Assembly: GCF_009914755.1 (NCBI RefSeq)
Contig: NC_060927.1
DNA length: 64,000 nt
Reading direction: 5' to 3' (one strand)
Source of the DNA: the human T2T-CHM13v2.0 reference genome, Homo sapiens
A program made the translations under genes and the position numbers. Position 1 is the stretch's first letter, and every line of letters begins with the position of its first letter. The notes beneath the pieces were generated by a model. That model ran no database searches. It was not told the DNA's origin and saw only the letters and a list, made by a program, of their open reading frames with translations. Of this stretch, positions 25,422 through 41,018 are shown piece by piece.

Positions 25422-25590
25422 ACACCCTCCCAAAAGAAATCTTATTTTCTGGGCTGAAGTTGCAGTAACAAACTGTAAGGTAACAATCTAAATGAAATCA
25501 AGCCAAAGGCCAAAGCTGGCTCCCAGGTTAGACAGAGGTCACCCACTTCGATAAGCAAAGCTCAATGTTTTCTAAGAAGATTCTCTATCA

Positions 25591-25779
25591 TAGTGGTTCT
25601 CAAAGTAAACTTGGCACCAGGAACATCAGCTATCAGTGTCACCTGGATATTAGAATTGCAAATTCTTGGGCCCCACCTCGACTTACTGAATCAGAAACTC
25701 TGGAGCTGATGCCCAGGAATCGGTTTTAACAAGCTCTCCGAGTGATATTGACGCATGTTCAAGTTTAGGAACCACCACG
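25591..25779 (+). mobile_element. MER5A hAT-Charlie MITE
   Basis: agtggttctcaaagt...gcaaattcttgggccccacc...tactgaatcagaaactctgg...aagtttaggaaccac. Confidence 0.85.
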
Positions 25780-26377
25780 CTGTAAAGTATAGCACTTCAT
25801 GGGCTTATAATGAGCACTTACTAATTCCTACAGTAAGACACCAGATTACCTGAGTAATTCTTGGGCTCAGGTGAGCAATGAAGTGTTCAGTTAGGAAAAC
25901 GTTCTGGTCATAAAATGAATTCCAAATAAAAAAATATATCCTTATATCAAGGAGTCTTTAATTCTTCTTAGGAAAGATTCTATTAGGTTTACCTTCAACC
26001 TTTTCAAAAACAACAGTTTTTCATCTGCAAAACAGAGTAGTGAAAAAAACAGTTATACAGAAGTGGATTGAAAATCAAGCAAAAGGCAAGCCCTTCTCTT
26101 ACTGTATTGTCATCATAAAGACATGGACCAGCTAGCTCTCTTTTGGATATAGTCAGCATTATGAATAGCGTGTCACATGGAGTCATCCTTCCCTAAGGGA
26201 AGGGATGCCAATCACTAGCTCAACAGGTGGAGGCAGGGGTCTCTGGGGGAATCCCTCTACACAATGCTTCTCTTTTCTGGCTCATGTATCTGAATAATTA
26301 CTTATTTCTACACTCTTGCCTTTCTCTTCAGGTTTCATTACTTATAAGAGGTAATATATTGTATTTATAATCATTAC

Positions 26378-26546
26378 ATCGGGGTCTCTCAAACTTTAAT
26401 GTGCCTGTGAATCACCTGGGGACCTTGATAAACTGTAGATTCAGATTCAGTGGGTCTGGGACCAGGCCTGAGATTCTGCATTTCTAACAAACTCTCAGGT
26501 GAGGCTGATACTGCTGGTCCACAGACCATAATCTGTATAAGAAGGA
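26378..26546 (-). mobile_element. MER5A/MER5A1 MITE
   Basis: ctcaaactttaatgtgcctgtgaatcacctggggacc...gcctgagattctgcatttctaacaa...gctggtccacagacca. Confidence 0.8.
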
Positions 26547-27696
26547 TTTGTAGTATTAAAGGATAGAGAATAGAAGGGCTATTTCAGAAGGCCTCCCAAA
26601 TTTACCTGATGAAGTCACCACCCACGGTGACTGTTTAAGCTTTCACCACCAGGCATGTTTAAAAAAGAAAAAAAGACACCTATTTACTGGGAGTAGTGGA
26701 CAAAGAGGATAAAAAGGAAGTGGGGCACATGATGCCCATTCCCCTAATTATTGTCCCACCTTTGCTTTCAGGACAGGACATCTTCACAGTCTGGGTGTTT
26801 TCCCTGGGAATCATTATGGTTGATGACAGGTATTCCCTCATGCATGCATTTATTTTAAAAACATTTATTAAGCAATGACTACATGCCAAAGGGGTCAACT
26901 CAAGTCTCAACACATTAACTGAATGAGCAGAAGGGCATCATCGAAGTCCCTTGCCCTAACTGGGCTTTAGCCCCTTGAAGTGCCCCCATCACTCCTTCTG
27001 TCCATCTGAGCACTGGCTCATCTCCAGAATATTACCTTGGAAGTAGGGGCTCACTTCTCATTGGGTTGTTTAATAGCTTTGAGGCTCATTTATATTTGAC
27101 TCAATTTCTTTATCTTGCAAAAGACAATGTTTTCCCGTTGGAGAAGATAGGTCATCCAGGAGTACCCCATGGACACCTGTCTCCTCTATGTACTTACAGA
27201 GCTAGTGTACAGCATTTCTTCCCTCAACTCAAAATTATTCTTTTAGTCAGGTCTCAATGACAGAGAAGCTGTATCTGATTTACTGTACACACTAAACCCA
27301 AACATTCTCAATGTCTTAACAAAAAGATTATTAAGACAAGAGGAACTTTTGGAAATTTCCCATATACATCCTGACTCTCCTTTCCTCATCCTCCACAAAA
27401 GACCATTAAGAAAACTTTAAGAACCCTCCTATTCAAGGGAAATCAAGACATCATGCAGGCCCTGGACAAATTAAACAACAAGAATATGCCTGGAAAATAA
27501 GAAAGTACTAATTGGAATAAAGGAACAGAAAATTTTAAAATAAGTGTATCCTAAAAGTTTCAGGCATATATTCATCTTGGCACTGGGTAGCTAAAAGTGT
27601 TCTAGAGGAGACATAGAAGAGGAAAAAATGATACAGAGAGCAACACAGAGAAAACACAAAGACTGTGTGCTTTATAATTCTATCATTCAGGGTAAG

Positions 27697-28250
27697 CTAG
27701 TCCAGTGTCTCTGAACTGATTTTTCATTATCGCTTCCCTTAAAGAGTCTTTTTGGACATTTTTTCTTGATCCCCCAACCCATGATATTTAGTTTGTAAAA
27801 TTTATTTATTTTTAGTTGCCAAATAAAAATTATATATATTTATGGGGCACAATGTAATGTTTTGATACACACACACACACACACACATCATGGGAAAATT
27901 AAGTCAAGATAATTAACATATCCATCACCTCTTATATTTATCATTTTTTATGGTGAGAACATTTAAAATCTACTCTCTTAGCAATTTTAAAATATACATT
28001 ATTATTAACTATAGTCTCATCTCCATGCTTTTCAGTGGATTTATAGAGCTTACTTCTCCTGTCTAAATGAAAATTTATACTCTTTGACCAATATCTTTCC
28101 ATTTCTGTTCACTTCTCCCTGAAATTTGAATACCACAAATGTGCTAAGTATCTGCTTATGTACAGTGTGTGCACACTGTTTTTTTTTTCTCCTATCCCAA
28201 GAGCCAATTTTCATACTCTTGGAAGTCATATTATCCACGTTAGGTTAGAT
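27697..28250. mobile_element. MER96B-like hAT element split by an L1MA
   Basis: ctgatttttcattatcgcttcccttaaagagtctttttggacatt (27697-27790) continues as gaaatttgaataccaca...caagagccaattttc (28120-28250). Confidence 0.6.
27801..28119 (-). mobile_element. L1MA 3' end
   Basis: aattaacatatccatcacctc...ggtgagaacatttaaaatctactctcttagcaatttt. Confidence 0.85.
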
Positions 28251-28288
28251 GCAAAGGTTAGATACTGCTTGGTAACACACAATCCCAA

Positions 28289-29355
28289 TTTTTTAAATTA
28301 TTATTAGACTTTAAGTTCTAGGATACAGGTGCAGAATGTGCAGGACTGTTACATAGGTATGCATGTGCCATGGTGGTTTGTGGCACCCGTCAACCCGTCA
28401 TCTAGGTTTTAAGCCCTGCGTGCATTAGGTATTTGTCCTAATGTTCTCTCACCCCTTGGCCCCCAACCCCTGACAGGCCCTGATATGTGATGTTCCCCTC
28501 CCTGTGCCCATATGTTCTCATTGTTCAACTCCCACTTATAAGTGAGAACATGCAGCGTTTGGTTTTCTGTTCCCTTGTTAGTTTGCTGAGAACGATAGTT
28601 TCCAGCTTCATCCATGTCCCTGCAAAAGACATGAACTCATCCTTTCTTATGGCTGCATAGTATTCCGTGGTGTATATGTGCCACATTTTGTTTATCCAGT
28701 CTATCATTGATGGGCATTTGGGTTGGTCCCAAGTCTTTGCTGTTGTGAACAGTGCTGCAACAGACATACGTGTGCATGATTTATAATCCTTTGGGTATAT
28801 ACCCAGTAATGGGATTGCTGGGTCAAATGGTATTTCTGGTTCTAGATTTTTGAGGGATTGCCACATTGTCTTCCACAATGGTTGAACTAATTTACACTCC
28901 CACCAACAGTGTAAAAGCATTTCTATTTCTCCAAATCCTCTCCAGCATTTGTTGTTTGCTGACTTTTTAATGATCGCCATTCTAACTGGCTTGAGACGGT
29001 ATCTCATTGTGGTTTTGATTTGCATTTGTCTAATGACCAGTGATGATGAGCTTTTATTCATATGTTTGTTCACCACATAAATGTCTTCTTTTGAGAAGTC
29101 TCTGTTCATATCCTTCGCCCACTTTTTGATGGGGTTGTTTTTGTAGATTCTGGATATTAGACCTTTGTCAGATGGATAGATTGCAAAAATTTTCTCCCCT
29201 TCTGTAGGTTGCATGTTCACTCTAATGATAGTTTCTTTTGCTGTGCAGAAGCTCTTTAGTTTAATTAGATCCCATTTGTCAATTTTGGCTTTTGTTGCAA
29301 TTGCTTTTGGTGTTTTAGTCATGAAGTCTTTGCCTATGCCTATGTCCTGAATGGT
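28289..29355 (-). mobile_element. 5'-truncated L1PA7/8-like element; contains ORF2 C-terminal ORF 28525-29322 (265 aa)
   Basis: The ORF translates to the L1 ORF2p C-terminus ([19 protein letters not shown]...MFSLISGS); L1PA 3'UTR present; 10-bp TSD acaatcccaa at 28279 and 29356. Confidence 0.95.
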
Positions 29356-29732
29356 ACAATCCCAAAATTTTAGTAGCTAGTTACAACAAAGCTATTTATT
29401 CACATCCTCTGTTTATCACAGATCAGATGGGGTAGGTGCTGCTCCCCAGATCTTCTCACCACAGAATTCAGGCTAACAGGGCAACTGCCAATTCCAGTGT
29501 TTCCAGTTGCCAATGGAGGAGAGAAAAAGAGTGTTCTGGAAGTTTTCACACCTGCAATTAAATGCTTCAGCCTAGAAGAGATATAAGTCACTTTTCCTCT
29601 CAGCTCATTGGACAAAACTAGTCATATGGTCCTTGCAACCACATAAGGTCCAAGAAATACAATTCTATTGTATACCTAGCAGGTGGAGAACAGGAGGAAA
29701 TACTAAGCAAAAGGCACTAAAGATTCAAAGCA
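29356..29732 (-). mobile_element. MLT1 (I/J2-like) LTR, continuing from 28245-28288 (host of the L1PA)
   Basis: caatcccaaaattttagtagct...gcaattaaatgcttcagcctagaag...cattggacaaaactagtcatatgg. Confidence 0.7.
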
Positions 29733-30242
29733 ACCTTGCCTTTGGCCAGCCCTCCCAATCAAAGAGAATATGCTGCTAACTGTATACAGACAGGCTCTCT
29801 GGACCATAGGACATAAACTTACCTCGTCCAAGGCTCACCTGAGTTCTTGCCAAAATTAATCAACAGAGACACTTCCCCTTGCCCCATCATCCTGTCCAAT
29901 AACAGTCCATTCACACCCCAACTACACTGTAGCCACAAACTCTCCACATCCTCTCTTTCCTCCCTATCACTTCTACTTCTACTCCCCCAGTATTGAAAAG
30001 ATCAAAAACCAGCAAAAGGAAGTTAGAAGGCTAAGAAGACTGTCTGTTACAGAAACTCTATAGATTGCACAATTGTACCTTTTAAAGAAAGCAGATGAAC
30101 TAAATACAGATTGTTTAACACAGAGGCAAGGGTCATTAGACCAAGTGAAAGAAGGTAGAGGCTCAAAAAATAACTGATGCATGAATGAATTTACGATTAG
30201 ATAAATCAATGAATGAAAAGCATGATGTGCCATCCATTTTTC

Positions 30243-32598
<2,356 letters not shown>

Positions 32599-33062
32599 GC
32601 CACCCATTTTTCAAAGTCCTCAAATATACATTTCCTTTTATTGCTGTTTTATTTATCTTGATTTAGACAAGTGGGGCTCTCCTTCCTTTCTTGCCATGTT
32701 CCGGTCTTAGCTAAACAACAAGCTCTGTTTCCTTGTGGTCCCATCGTTGGCTTGACAACTTGATTTGGATTACCAGTGTTTATTACTCCACTTCCTCTTT
32801 CCTTCCTCTCTATTTGCAGTCAAGGTCTTATAACTTGGCCCCTTCTTTAAATTATTCTGTAACCTAATTGACCTATGACTATCCAAGCTTCAAGTTAGCC
32901 CTTTTCAAAGTCCCCAGAAGAAAGGATCTGGTGACATAAACACACCAGCAGTGAAACAATGATATTGACAAGTAGAAAGAAAGTAACTGGTTATTGTGAA
33001 ATGCCAGATGCATGTGCACAGAGTCCTGCAGGTCCAAGCCAATAATTGTTTTAAGTTTGTTG

Positions 33063-33380
33063 TTTCTCTCTCTCTTTTTTTTTTCCCCTTTTCTTTAAGA
33101 CAGAGTCTCACTCTGTCACCCAGGCAGGAGTGCAGTGGTTCAATCACAGCTCACTGAAGCCTCAACTTCCTCAGGTTCAGGTGGTCCTCCCACCTCAGCC
33201 TCCTGAGTAGCTGGGACTACAGGCACATGCAACCACACCTGACTAATTTTTTCTATTTTTTGTAGAGATGAGGTTTCACCATGTTGCCCAGTCTGGTCTC
33301 AAACATCAGACCTCAAGTGATCCATCCGCCTTGGCCTCCCAAAGTGCTGGGTTTACGAGCGTGAACCACTATGCCCAGTT
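33063..33380 (-). mobile_element. AluJ
   Basis: Full dimer with a degenerate CT-rich tail. Confidence 0.92.
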
Positions 33381-34012
33381 CATTTTAAAAAGCATTAATG
33401 AAGCAGGGGGTTAGCAGTCAGTATTTTTCCTTTTTCCACACATGGTTATGTGCCCAAGCACTCTTGATGCAAGTGGCATAATGAACTATGATCAAGAACC
33501 AGTCATTTGTCCATTTAGGCAGTTCAAGTGTCCAAGTGGAGATTTGTCACTTTCAAACCAAAATATCTACTTGAGTATTAAAATATTAAAACCTCTCCTG
33601 AGACAGGGCTAGGGATAGAGTGAGGATATAGGGAATGGGAGTTAGTCTTTATGCTCTACAGAGCAATGGAGTCATTTTTTTTTTTAATACCGTTAGGGGA
33701 AAGGAAGAAGAAGAAGAGGTTCCCAGGTCAGCAGAAAAATTTTGAGTCAGAAATTGTAGAACCAAGCCTCGGAAAGGGCAACATAAACTTGCTTTGAACA
33801 CAAATCAAACATCATTAACACACCAGATGGCCATCTGGGTTGTCTGTATCCTATAACATGTCACTCCTTGCTAGGTGCTCCAGAGAGATCATAGATTTCT
33901 ATTTCCATTTCTATTCATCTGATATTCTTGGCAAACAACATAATGGAGAAGAGAGAGTGCAGACCGCATAGAAGGAAAAGGATCTTTCTTTGCCCTTTCC
34001 ATGTAGGCAATA

Positions 34013-34482
34013 TATTCATGATCATGCACATGTGTATTGATGACAATATGAGACAGGCACTCAACTAAGAAGCACTGGAAATATAGCTGTGACCAACACA
34101 GACCAAGTCCCTGACCTCAGGCAAGTAACATTTTAATGCAGGAGAACAGACAATAAGCAAATAAACAAATGAATAAGGTAATTTCATGTGACAATAAATG
34201 CTAGGAAGAAAATAGAATATTGTGATTTTTAAATGATATGAGAGTTAGATGTAACTTTAGATAGAGGTCAAGTGAGATTTTCTAAGACAGTGTCATTTGA
34301 ACTGAGACCTAAATGATAAGAAAGGGAAGAATAAGTACAAAGCCCCTGAGGCAGTAATGAGTTTGGTGTGTTCAAGGAACTAAAGGAAGGTCATGTGCTG
34401 GGGAAGTGAGGAGGGGAACGATAGGAGATGGAGTTGGAGCAACAAGCTGAATCCAGGTCATGTGCAATCTTAAAGACCAAGG
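34013..34482 (-). mobile_element. L2
   Basis: cagaccaagtccctgacctc...gtcatttgaactgagacct...caaagcccctgaggcag...gtgtgttcaaggaac. Confidence 0.8.
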
Positions 34483-34659
34483 TCAATATGCTTGAATGTC
34501 TAAGGGTATGCGTAGTATGGTTGTCCCAAGTCAGAGTTAGGATAGTGAGCATTGAGTCTGTTTTCCTATATGTCTATTCTATCCCAGCCTCATTGTGTAG
34601 CAGCTGGTGAATGGGGGAATTCTCACATCTTGTTTTGTTATAAAAAAAAAAAATTATTC

Positions 34660-35150
34660 TGTTCTACATCAAGTTTCCTAGGAGCCTACCCCAAAATAAG
34701 GATTCCTGTATAAGTAATTTATTAATGAAGTGTGCCCCTCAAAAAAGCAGTAAGGGAGGATGGGGAAGTAAGTTAGAAAACGTGTGGAAACTAGGGAAGG
34801 GAGAAATCTCAGGCAGAGTCCCACAGGTAGGGCTGCAACCATAGAGGGAACACTCCAAAGCAAAGATATTTAACTCAACATCTCCAGGTTGTCCCAATTT
34901 GAGGTGAGAAAGCTGGCTTTCATGGTCTCACACTTGAGAGTCATTGACTAAAGGCCGTCCCAGGAAAAGTGAGTTCCAATGTCCTGGGTACAATTCTCAA
35001 AAAAAAAAAAAAAAAAAAAACACACACACACAAAAATACTGGAGGTGGTAACTGTTGGAAGCAAAAGCACAATGAAGTGTATGCACACAGACACACATGC
35101 ACACACACACAGGTAAAATCAGATCTAGAGGGTCTGGTAGACCACTGCTA
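34660..35150 (-). mobile_element. LTR33-like ERVL LTR
   Basis: aaggattcctgtataagtaatttattaatgaagtg...cagtaagggag...gtcattgactaaagg. Confidence 0.55.
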
Positions 35151-35174
35151 TTATCCACTATACATCCTAACTGA

Positions 35175-35365
35175 AATACCTAGCTTCAAAATATGGTGTC
35201 ACCACTTACCATCTCCATGATCCCAGTTTTCTTATCTATAAAACGTATATAATCATAGTGTCTACCTTATAGGATTATTCCAATGATTTAAATAACAATA
35301 ATGCCTTTAAAACTCTTAACACAATGCCTAGCATATGGTAGCCACTCAGTAAATGTTACTATTTT
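35175..35365 (+). mobile_element. MIR
   Basis: cccagttttcttatctataaaacg...aacacaatgcctagcatatggtagccactcagtaaatgttactatt. Confidence 0.75.
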
Positions 35366-36229
35366 TTTCACCTAATCAGGCATACCAAAAATAAAATCTA
35401 ATGGAATATTTTCCCACTTATTGCTTTTTCCATACTCACATGAGATCACAAAAGCTCCACTGATTTCCATGAGCATAATAGCTTTCAAATAAGGTCAGTT
35501 AGCAAGCTAGAGGATTATCCTCAAAACCTTCGAAGAGAAATAGGACTGCATTCCCACCTAATTATACATCAAGGCATCCTTAAGAATCTCTCTTCCCACA
35601 GTGGAGGACTAGGAATATTCTTAACAATAACCAAGGAATGTCATTAGCTGTCATAAATAGATTTAGAAATCACAGATATCCAAAGGATTTCAACCAAATT
35701 CTTTATATTGGAGTTCATTATGGGTAATAATAGACATGTGGCTGCTTTGTGGACTCTTGGATATATTTCACAGCTTCCACAATTGCATTTCAAATGCTAT
35801 CCTACTTCCTAATAACTAAGGTACATGTTCACTTCAGCAAAAATTTTTTTAATCTTGATTAAAGGACCCAATGTCAAAGAATCTCTATTTAGCACTCAAC
35901 AGGAATTTGAACATTTAATCATGTTCATGCCTTTCATCATCCCGCTTCCCAGCACCTACATTTTGAGCTGTTTCCAGGTTGGCCTATTTCTTTCCATCCA
36001 TTAAAATGAGCCCACAAGAAGCAAGGGATGACCTAAGTACAAGAATTAGAAACTAAACTCAGTAAGTGCAAGTCCTATACAGAGCAAGATAGTACTCAGC
36101 TCAGAGTCTAGTTGGAAAGGAGAGTAATAACACTCCAGTCCTTGAAGTCAGCACAGTCTATTTAGCTGGAATTTCAGGGCCCATGACTGATAAAGATTGT
36201 TTGTGAAAAGTAGTTGGCTGAGATGTATT

Positions 36230-37000
36230 ATCCTCCATGGTTTTCTCCCTTTCCTTGCCAAACCCCGTGAAATTCCAGTAAAGGAATTTTTTAAATGTGT
36301 TAACTCAAAAGGACAAACAGAGCAGAAGAGGAGACAGCAAAGGGATAGAGTTACAAGTGGACTGAAAACACAGCAATTAAGTAAAAATCCGCATTCTTAA
36401 CTGTAGGAACTTTAGCCTCCTTCTTCCACCTGCCCCAAAATGACAGTAGCAAGGCAACTTATTTCCCCTTCATCCCACGCCATTATGGAGGCTGGATTCT
36501 TCTCTGCAAAAGCTGACCAGCACAAATATAAGACCTTTCAAGACATGTAGCACTCCCCAAGAAAAATATCTCCTTCATGAAACAGAGGTAACTATTAACT
36601 CCAAGAACAACCAAAATTGTATTCAGATGTGACCATAATATACTACTTATCTCAGCAGTGAATGGCATTTGTAGTTTGAAACGATGTAAACACCAGCTCC
36701 TTGAAACCAAAATTGTGATAGATTGGGTAGATGGTGGAGAGGGGAGGTGGAGACAGAAGGATCAGAGAAGTGTATACAGCAGTGAATTTCTCAACTATCT
36801 TGCAGGGAATATAAAAAATAACATAAAAAAATCATAAGATTATTATTTGAAATGTGGAGGTACATATTAGATGTAATTTCTAAAAAGAATTGAAATGGGT
36901 TATTTCTGGAGACTGAAAGTAAAGGATGAAGAAAGGTGAAAGAGAAGGTCACTTTTGATGTAATAAATGTTTTAGCACCAATTTTTTAAAAGATTATAAG
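36230..37000 (+). mobile_element. HAL1-like (half-L1) fragments
   Basis: 3' part gaattgaaatgggttatttctggagact...cttttgatgtaataaatg resembles the HAL1 terminus. Confidence 0.45.
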
Positions 37001-37148
37001 CCAGTTCAAAACTAAACATCAAAAACATACTCAGTTCTCCAGAAAGCAAAAATTCAAATCAAATAAATAAGATATCAAGCTTACTTTAGGCTCAGGTCAA
37101 AAAGTATATATATTGTCCTTTCAGTTTTGATTCTCTTTGATCATTTTT

Positions 37149-37150
<2 letters not shown>

Positions 37151-37179
<29 letters not shown>
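37151..37179. repeat. (AC)14 microsatellite
   Basis: Read directly from the sequence. Confidence 0.95.
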
Positions 37180-37180
<1 letters not shown>

Positions 37181-37288
37181 CACTCTTTATTCAAACCTCC
37201 CTAAGATGTGTATTCTTATGTTTCTTATTTTACTTTTGATCCTTTTGATTCAGTATCAACATTGTAATCCAGTTGTTGGTCTTTCTTG

Positions 37289-37469
37289 TAAGATTGCCAA
37301 ATAAAATAAAAGATGTCAGTTAAATTTCAATTTCAGATAAACAGCAAAAGTTTTTAGTACATCCCAAATAATGCATGAGACCTACTTATACTAAAAATTA
37401 TTTATTGCTTATCTGAAATTCAAATTTAATGGGATTCTGTATTTTTATTTGCTAAATCTGACAACCCTA
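37289..37469. mobile_element. MER53 palindromic hAT MITE
   Basis: cagttaaatttcaatttcagataaaca ... ttatctgaaattcaaatttaa...tttgctaaatctgacaacccta. Confidence 0.85.
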
Positions 37470-38044
37470 TTTTAAGGATTATCTCTGTCTATATGCACTG
37501 CACATTTGCTTCTGAGTTAGTCCAAACTGCAGCTGCCTTTTTCCATCACATGTTCCCTGTCTAGCATTCCCAGCTCCATCTTGAGCCATCATTTCTTTAA
37601 GCCTTGTCACTAGAACTGCAAGGCTCTTGTTCATCCTGAAGAGGGTACAGCCTCTGCCTTGCTGGCCTCAGCCAAAGGGTGATGCAGAGACGGTGGTATT
37701 TCTTTTGCTGCCCTGTATTTAGACATCTGCCACTGACCTACAGTCTGTGACATTGTAAAAGATTGGTGACACTTAACACAGAATAATAAACATGACTTCG
37801 AGTAAAATTTAAAAAAAAAAAAGGAAAGCTTTCACTTGGGGTCCTCTCATGGAAAACTCCAGTTCCTGGCTTACTTTTTTCTCTCATGGTCAAATAGTGC
37901 CACATCCTCTTCTAGGCAATAAAACCCACCACCATTAGTCCTTCAGAATATGGGCCCTTTCTCCCCTTTAAAAGAACTTAATTCCTCACAGTCTTGCCCT
38001 TCTTCTACTAGAGGACTTTATTAGGATTAAGAATCCCCCCAGCA

Positions 38045-38188
38045 AAGAGAATAATGTTCTATATCTTGATTGTGGTGGTGATTACATGAGTGCACATCTT
38101 TGTCAAGTTTCCTGAATTGTACACATAGAATGAGTGCATTTAATAATATATTAATAACAAGTACCTCAATGAAATTGATTTTTTTAAA
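38045..38188 (+). mobile_element. L1ME/L1MC 3' terminal fragment
   Basis: aatgttctatatcttgattgtggtggtgattacatg...tgaattgtacac...acctcaatgaaattgatt. Confidence 0.75.
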
Positions 38189-39344
38189 TATCCCCTAGCA
38201 GTACTTTTACTAAATCATGAGTTAATCTTTTTGGAATCTAAAATAATGCCACAGAGATTTCAGCAGCACGGCCCAGGATTTTCTTTTCCAAGTTTGGATT
38301 TCCTCCAATTCTGGCCACCAGCATGAAGTGGAAATATGTCTTCATTTGTTCCTTGTAGCGTTCTACCCTCCTGTGGGTACTTTTGAATAAAACACACACA
38401 CGCACACCTCAAAGAGTATACAATACAGTTTATCTGAATATCTTATAGAAAGGAAAATTATTTAGTAATGAACTCTTTATGTAGCTTGGAGGCGTGTGCA
38501 AGATATAGCTTGGAAGAACAATTCAGTCAAGGCAAAATTATGGGCATCTTTATAAAAATGCACTTGCATATGAAACAATATTAAAAGTGGAATTATATTA
38601 AGCAAGAATATCCTCTGAACTGTTATACGTGTGGTGGGGGAGGTGGAGTTGGGGACATTTGACTCCATCAGCTTCTTACCATTAAGAGTTTCCTCCAACT
38701 GTTATAGGTAGTGTGGTGGAGGTGGAGCTGGGGATTTGTCTTGAGAAATAGTCCTGGATTCTGGAATTTTCTACCCAACCCAGGGAAAATTCCATTTTCA
38801 GCCCAAACCCCAATCAGGAAATGATTCTTCCTAAAAACGGGGAACAGCTAAAAAAAAAAAAAAAAAAAAAAAAACTCCTCCTTACTCCACAGCCCAGAAA
38901 ACACAAACAGGACAGAAGGCTTAGTTCAGATAGAGGGACCGGAAGAGTCTGAACTCCACCCAGAGAAAAGTCTTTTTTGGGTAAGGAATTATTTAGGGCC
39001 AGGCATGTTGCAGATGACATAGGAGGGAAGCAAACCTCTTAAGCAAAAAGTGGGTACTTAGAGTGACCCTTTTGAAAGCACGTACACAAACTCTAACAAC
39101 TTTCTGTGAACTTTAATGAACAAATGCTTTACTACTAAAATGAGAGAAAAAAAGAAATAAGATACTCTAATATTAAACCAAGACAGAGCAAAGGTTACCC
39201 AGCAAGCAGAATATCAAAAGAAACAAAGAAAAGAGGTTGATGTCCAGCATTAGAACAATAATAGTAATAGTGACAACTGTCTTGGGCACCCACTGTGTGC
39301 AAGGACTATTCCTAAGCACTTTATCCTCATATCATCCTTAGTAG

Positions 39345-39654
39345 CAGTCCACCCCAAGGGCAGAATCAGGGGACAAGGCCCACAAGACCCTGGAAATATG
39401 CCAAGTATAAAACCTCAGGTCAAAAGGTCACACCACACACTTGTCTTTCAAGTCACCTACTTAGCCCTCTTCCAAGTATAATTATCTTCCTTTTGTTCCG
39501 CTCTAAAGCTTTCTAATAAGCTTTCACTCCTGTTCTAAAACTTGCCTCGGTCTCTCCTTCGGCCTTATGCCCCTCACTTGAATTCTTTCCTCTGAAGAGG
39601 CAAAAAGTGAGGTTGCTGCAGACCCGTACAGATGCGGATTCATCGCTGGTAACA
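39345..39654 (+). mobile_element. MER50 (ERV1) LTR, 3' half only
   Basis: ccaccccaagggcagaatcagggg...gtataaaacctcaggtcaaa...gaggttgctgcagacccgtac...gctggtaaca matches the recalled MER50 3' end. Confidence 0.8.
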
Positions 39655-39819
39655 ATAGTGCTTAGTTAGGTTCTTTTAGGTTGCACGGACTAGGCACCTC
39701 CAAGTTACTTTACAATTATGCTTTTAAAACTTTCCCACCAAATCCTCCTAACAGCTGAACCTATATACCTCCAGAGGCTCTGGAAGCCATAATATTTTTT
39801 CTCTCTCTCTTCCTTACCT

Positions 39820-40210
39820 ATTTTTCATAAACAACTTTGCTGAGGTGTAGTTTTCAGACTGTCATATTCACCTGTTAAATTTACAACTCAACGATTTTTA
39901 ATAAATTTACTGAGTTGTACAACCATCACCATAATCCAGTTTTAGAACATTTCCATCATCCCAATATGATCCCTCATGCCTGTTTACAGTTAATCTCCAT
40001 TTTCACCACCTGCCCCAAGCAACCACTAATCTGTTTCTGTCTCAGTAGATTTGCCTACTTTGAACATTTTATATAATTGGAATCGTACAATATGTGGTCT
40101 TTTTTCATGTGGCTTTTTTCCCTTAGTGTAATCTTTTTGAGGCTTATCCATATTGTAGCAGATACCAGTACTCAATTCTTTTTACTGCTGACTCGTTTTC
40201 GCTGTATGGA
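39820..40210 (-). mobile_element. L1MB 3' end
   Basis: gagttgtacaaccatcaccataatccagttttagaacatttccatc...gcaaccactaatctg. Confidence 0.85.
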
Positions 40211-41018
40211 GCCATAGCCTTTTTCATTGTTTAGCAAATCTGAAAAAATATTGAAGCCTCAATGTTTACCTTTAAAATTTATTCAAGTGTTGTATATGTC
40301 TGTGTTGGCCTTAATATGCAGATGTTTTAAATGACATAGTTTTCTTCAAATTGTTAAGAACTTAACTGTTACTCCGGCTCATTTCAGACTTCATTGGTGT
40401 GAAAGATAGAGCCTCGGGTAATGGAAGTTAATTACAGGGAAGCCCGCAGAGAAGAAAAGAAGGCAGGGTAGGTGAATCTCAAGCCTTTGTCTAAGTTACC
40501 AATCACAGGTCCAAGCAGTGTGGCTGAGTCAGCAGAGTCGCATGGGACCAGGAAAGGCAACACTAGGCACTAAGAACTGCCCGTAGTAGACTTCCTGAGA
40601 AGCAGGCAATGGAGTTTCGTGACCCTCTGTCCCATATATTTAGAGTTCTCATTTCAAAGTCTTTAGTCATTCCCAAACTAATATTTCTGTAATTGGCTTC
40701 TGAGTTCCAAGATAAAGATGCCCACCAGGTACTGGTATAAAGAGATAGGAGAATGAGGCGAACCATCATGACAATTGCAGTCAAGATTTTGAGGACTAGA
40801 ATATTGAAAAAAGTGAGCATCTCTCTTTAAAAACTATTGTTTTAATAAAGGATTATTTCTGCTATATAGAACAAGTAGCTACCTCTACCTTAATATCCCA
40901 AAAGCTTACTCTTAAAGATAAGCCCTTTTTTGCATGTTCTAAAGCTCTTTTTGTTGACTTTGTCAAAACTTGGAACAACCCAATGGGGCTGTTAATTAAT
41001 TCCACAGATGATCAACTT

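Noticed and set aside
37289-37469. Long hairpin as a possible miRNA precursor
   Set aside because: Fully explained by the palindromic MER53 MITE; there is no independent evidence of expression.
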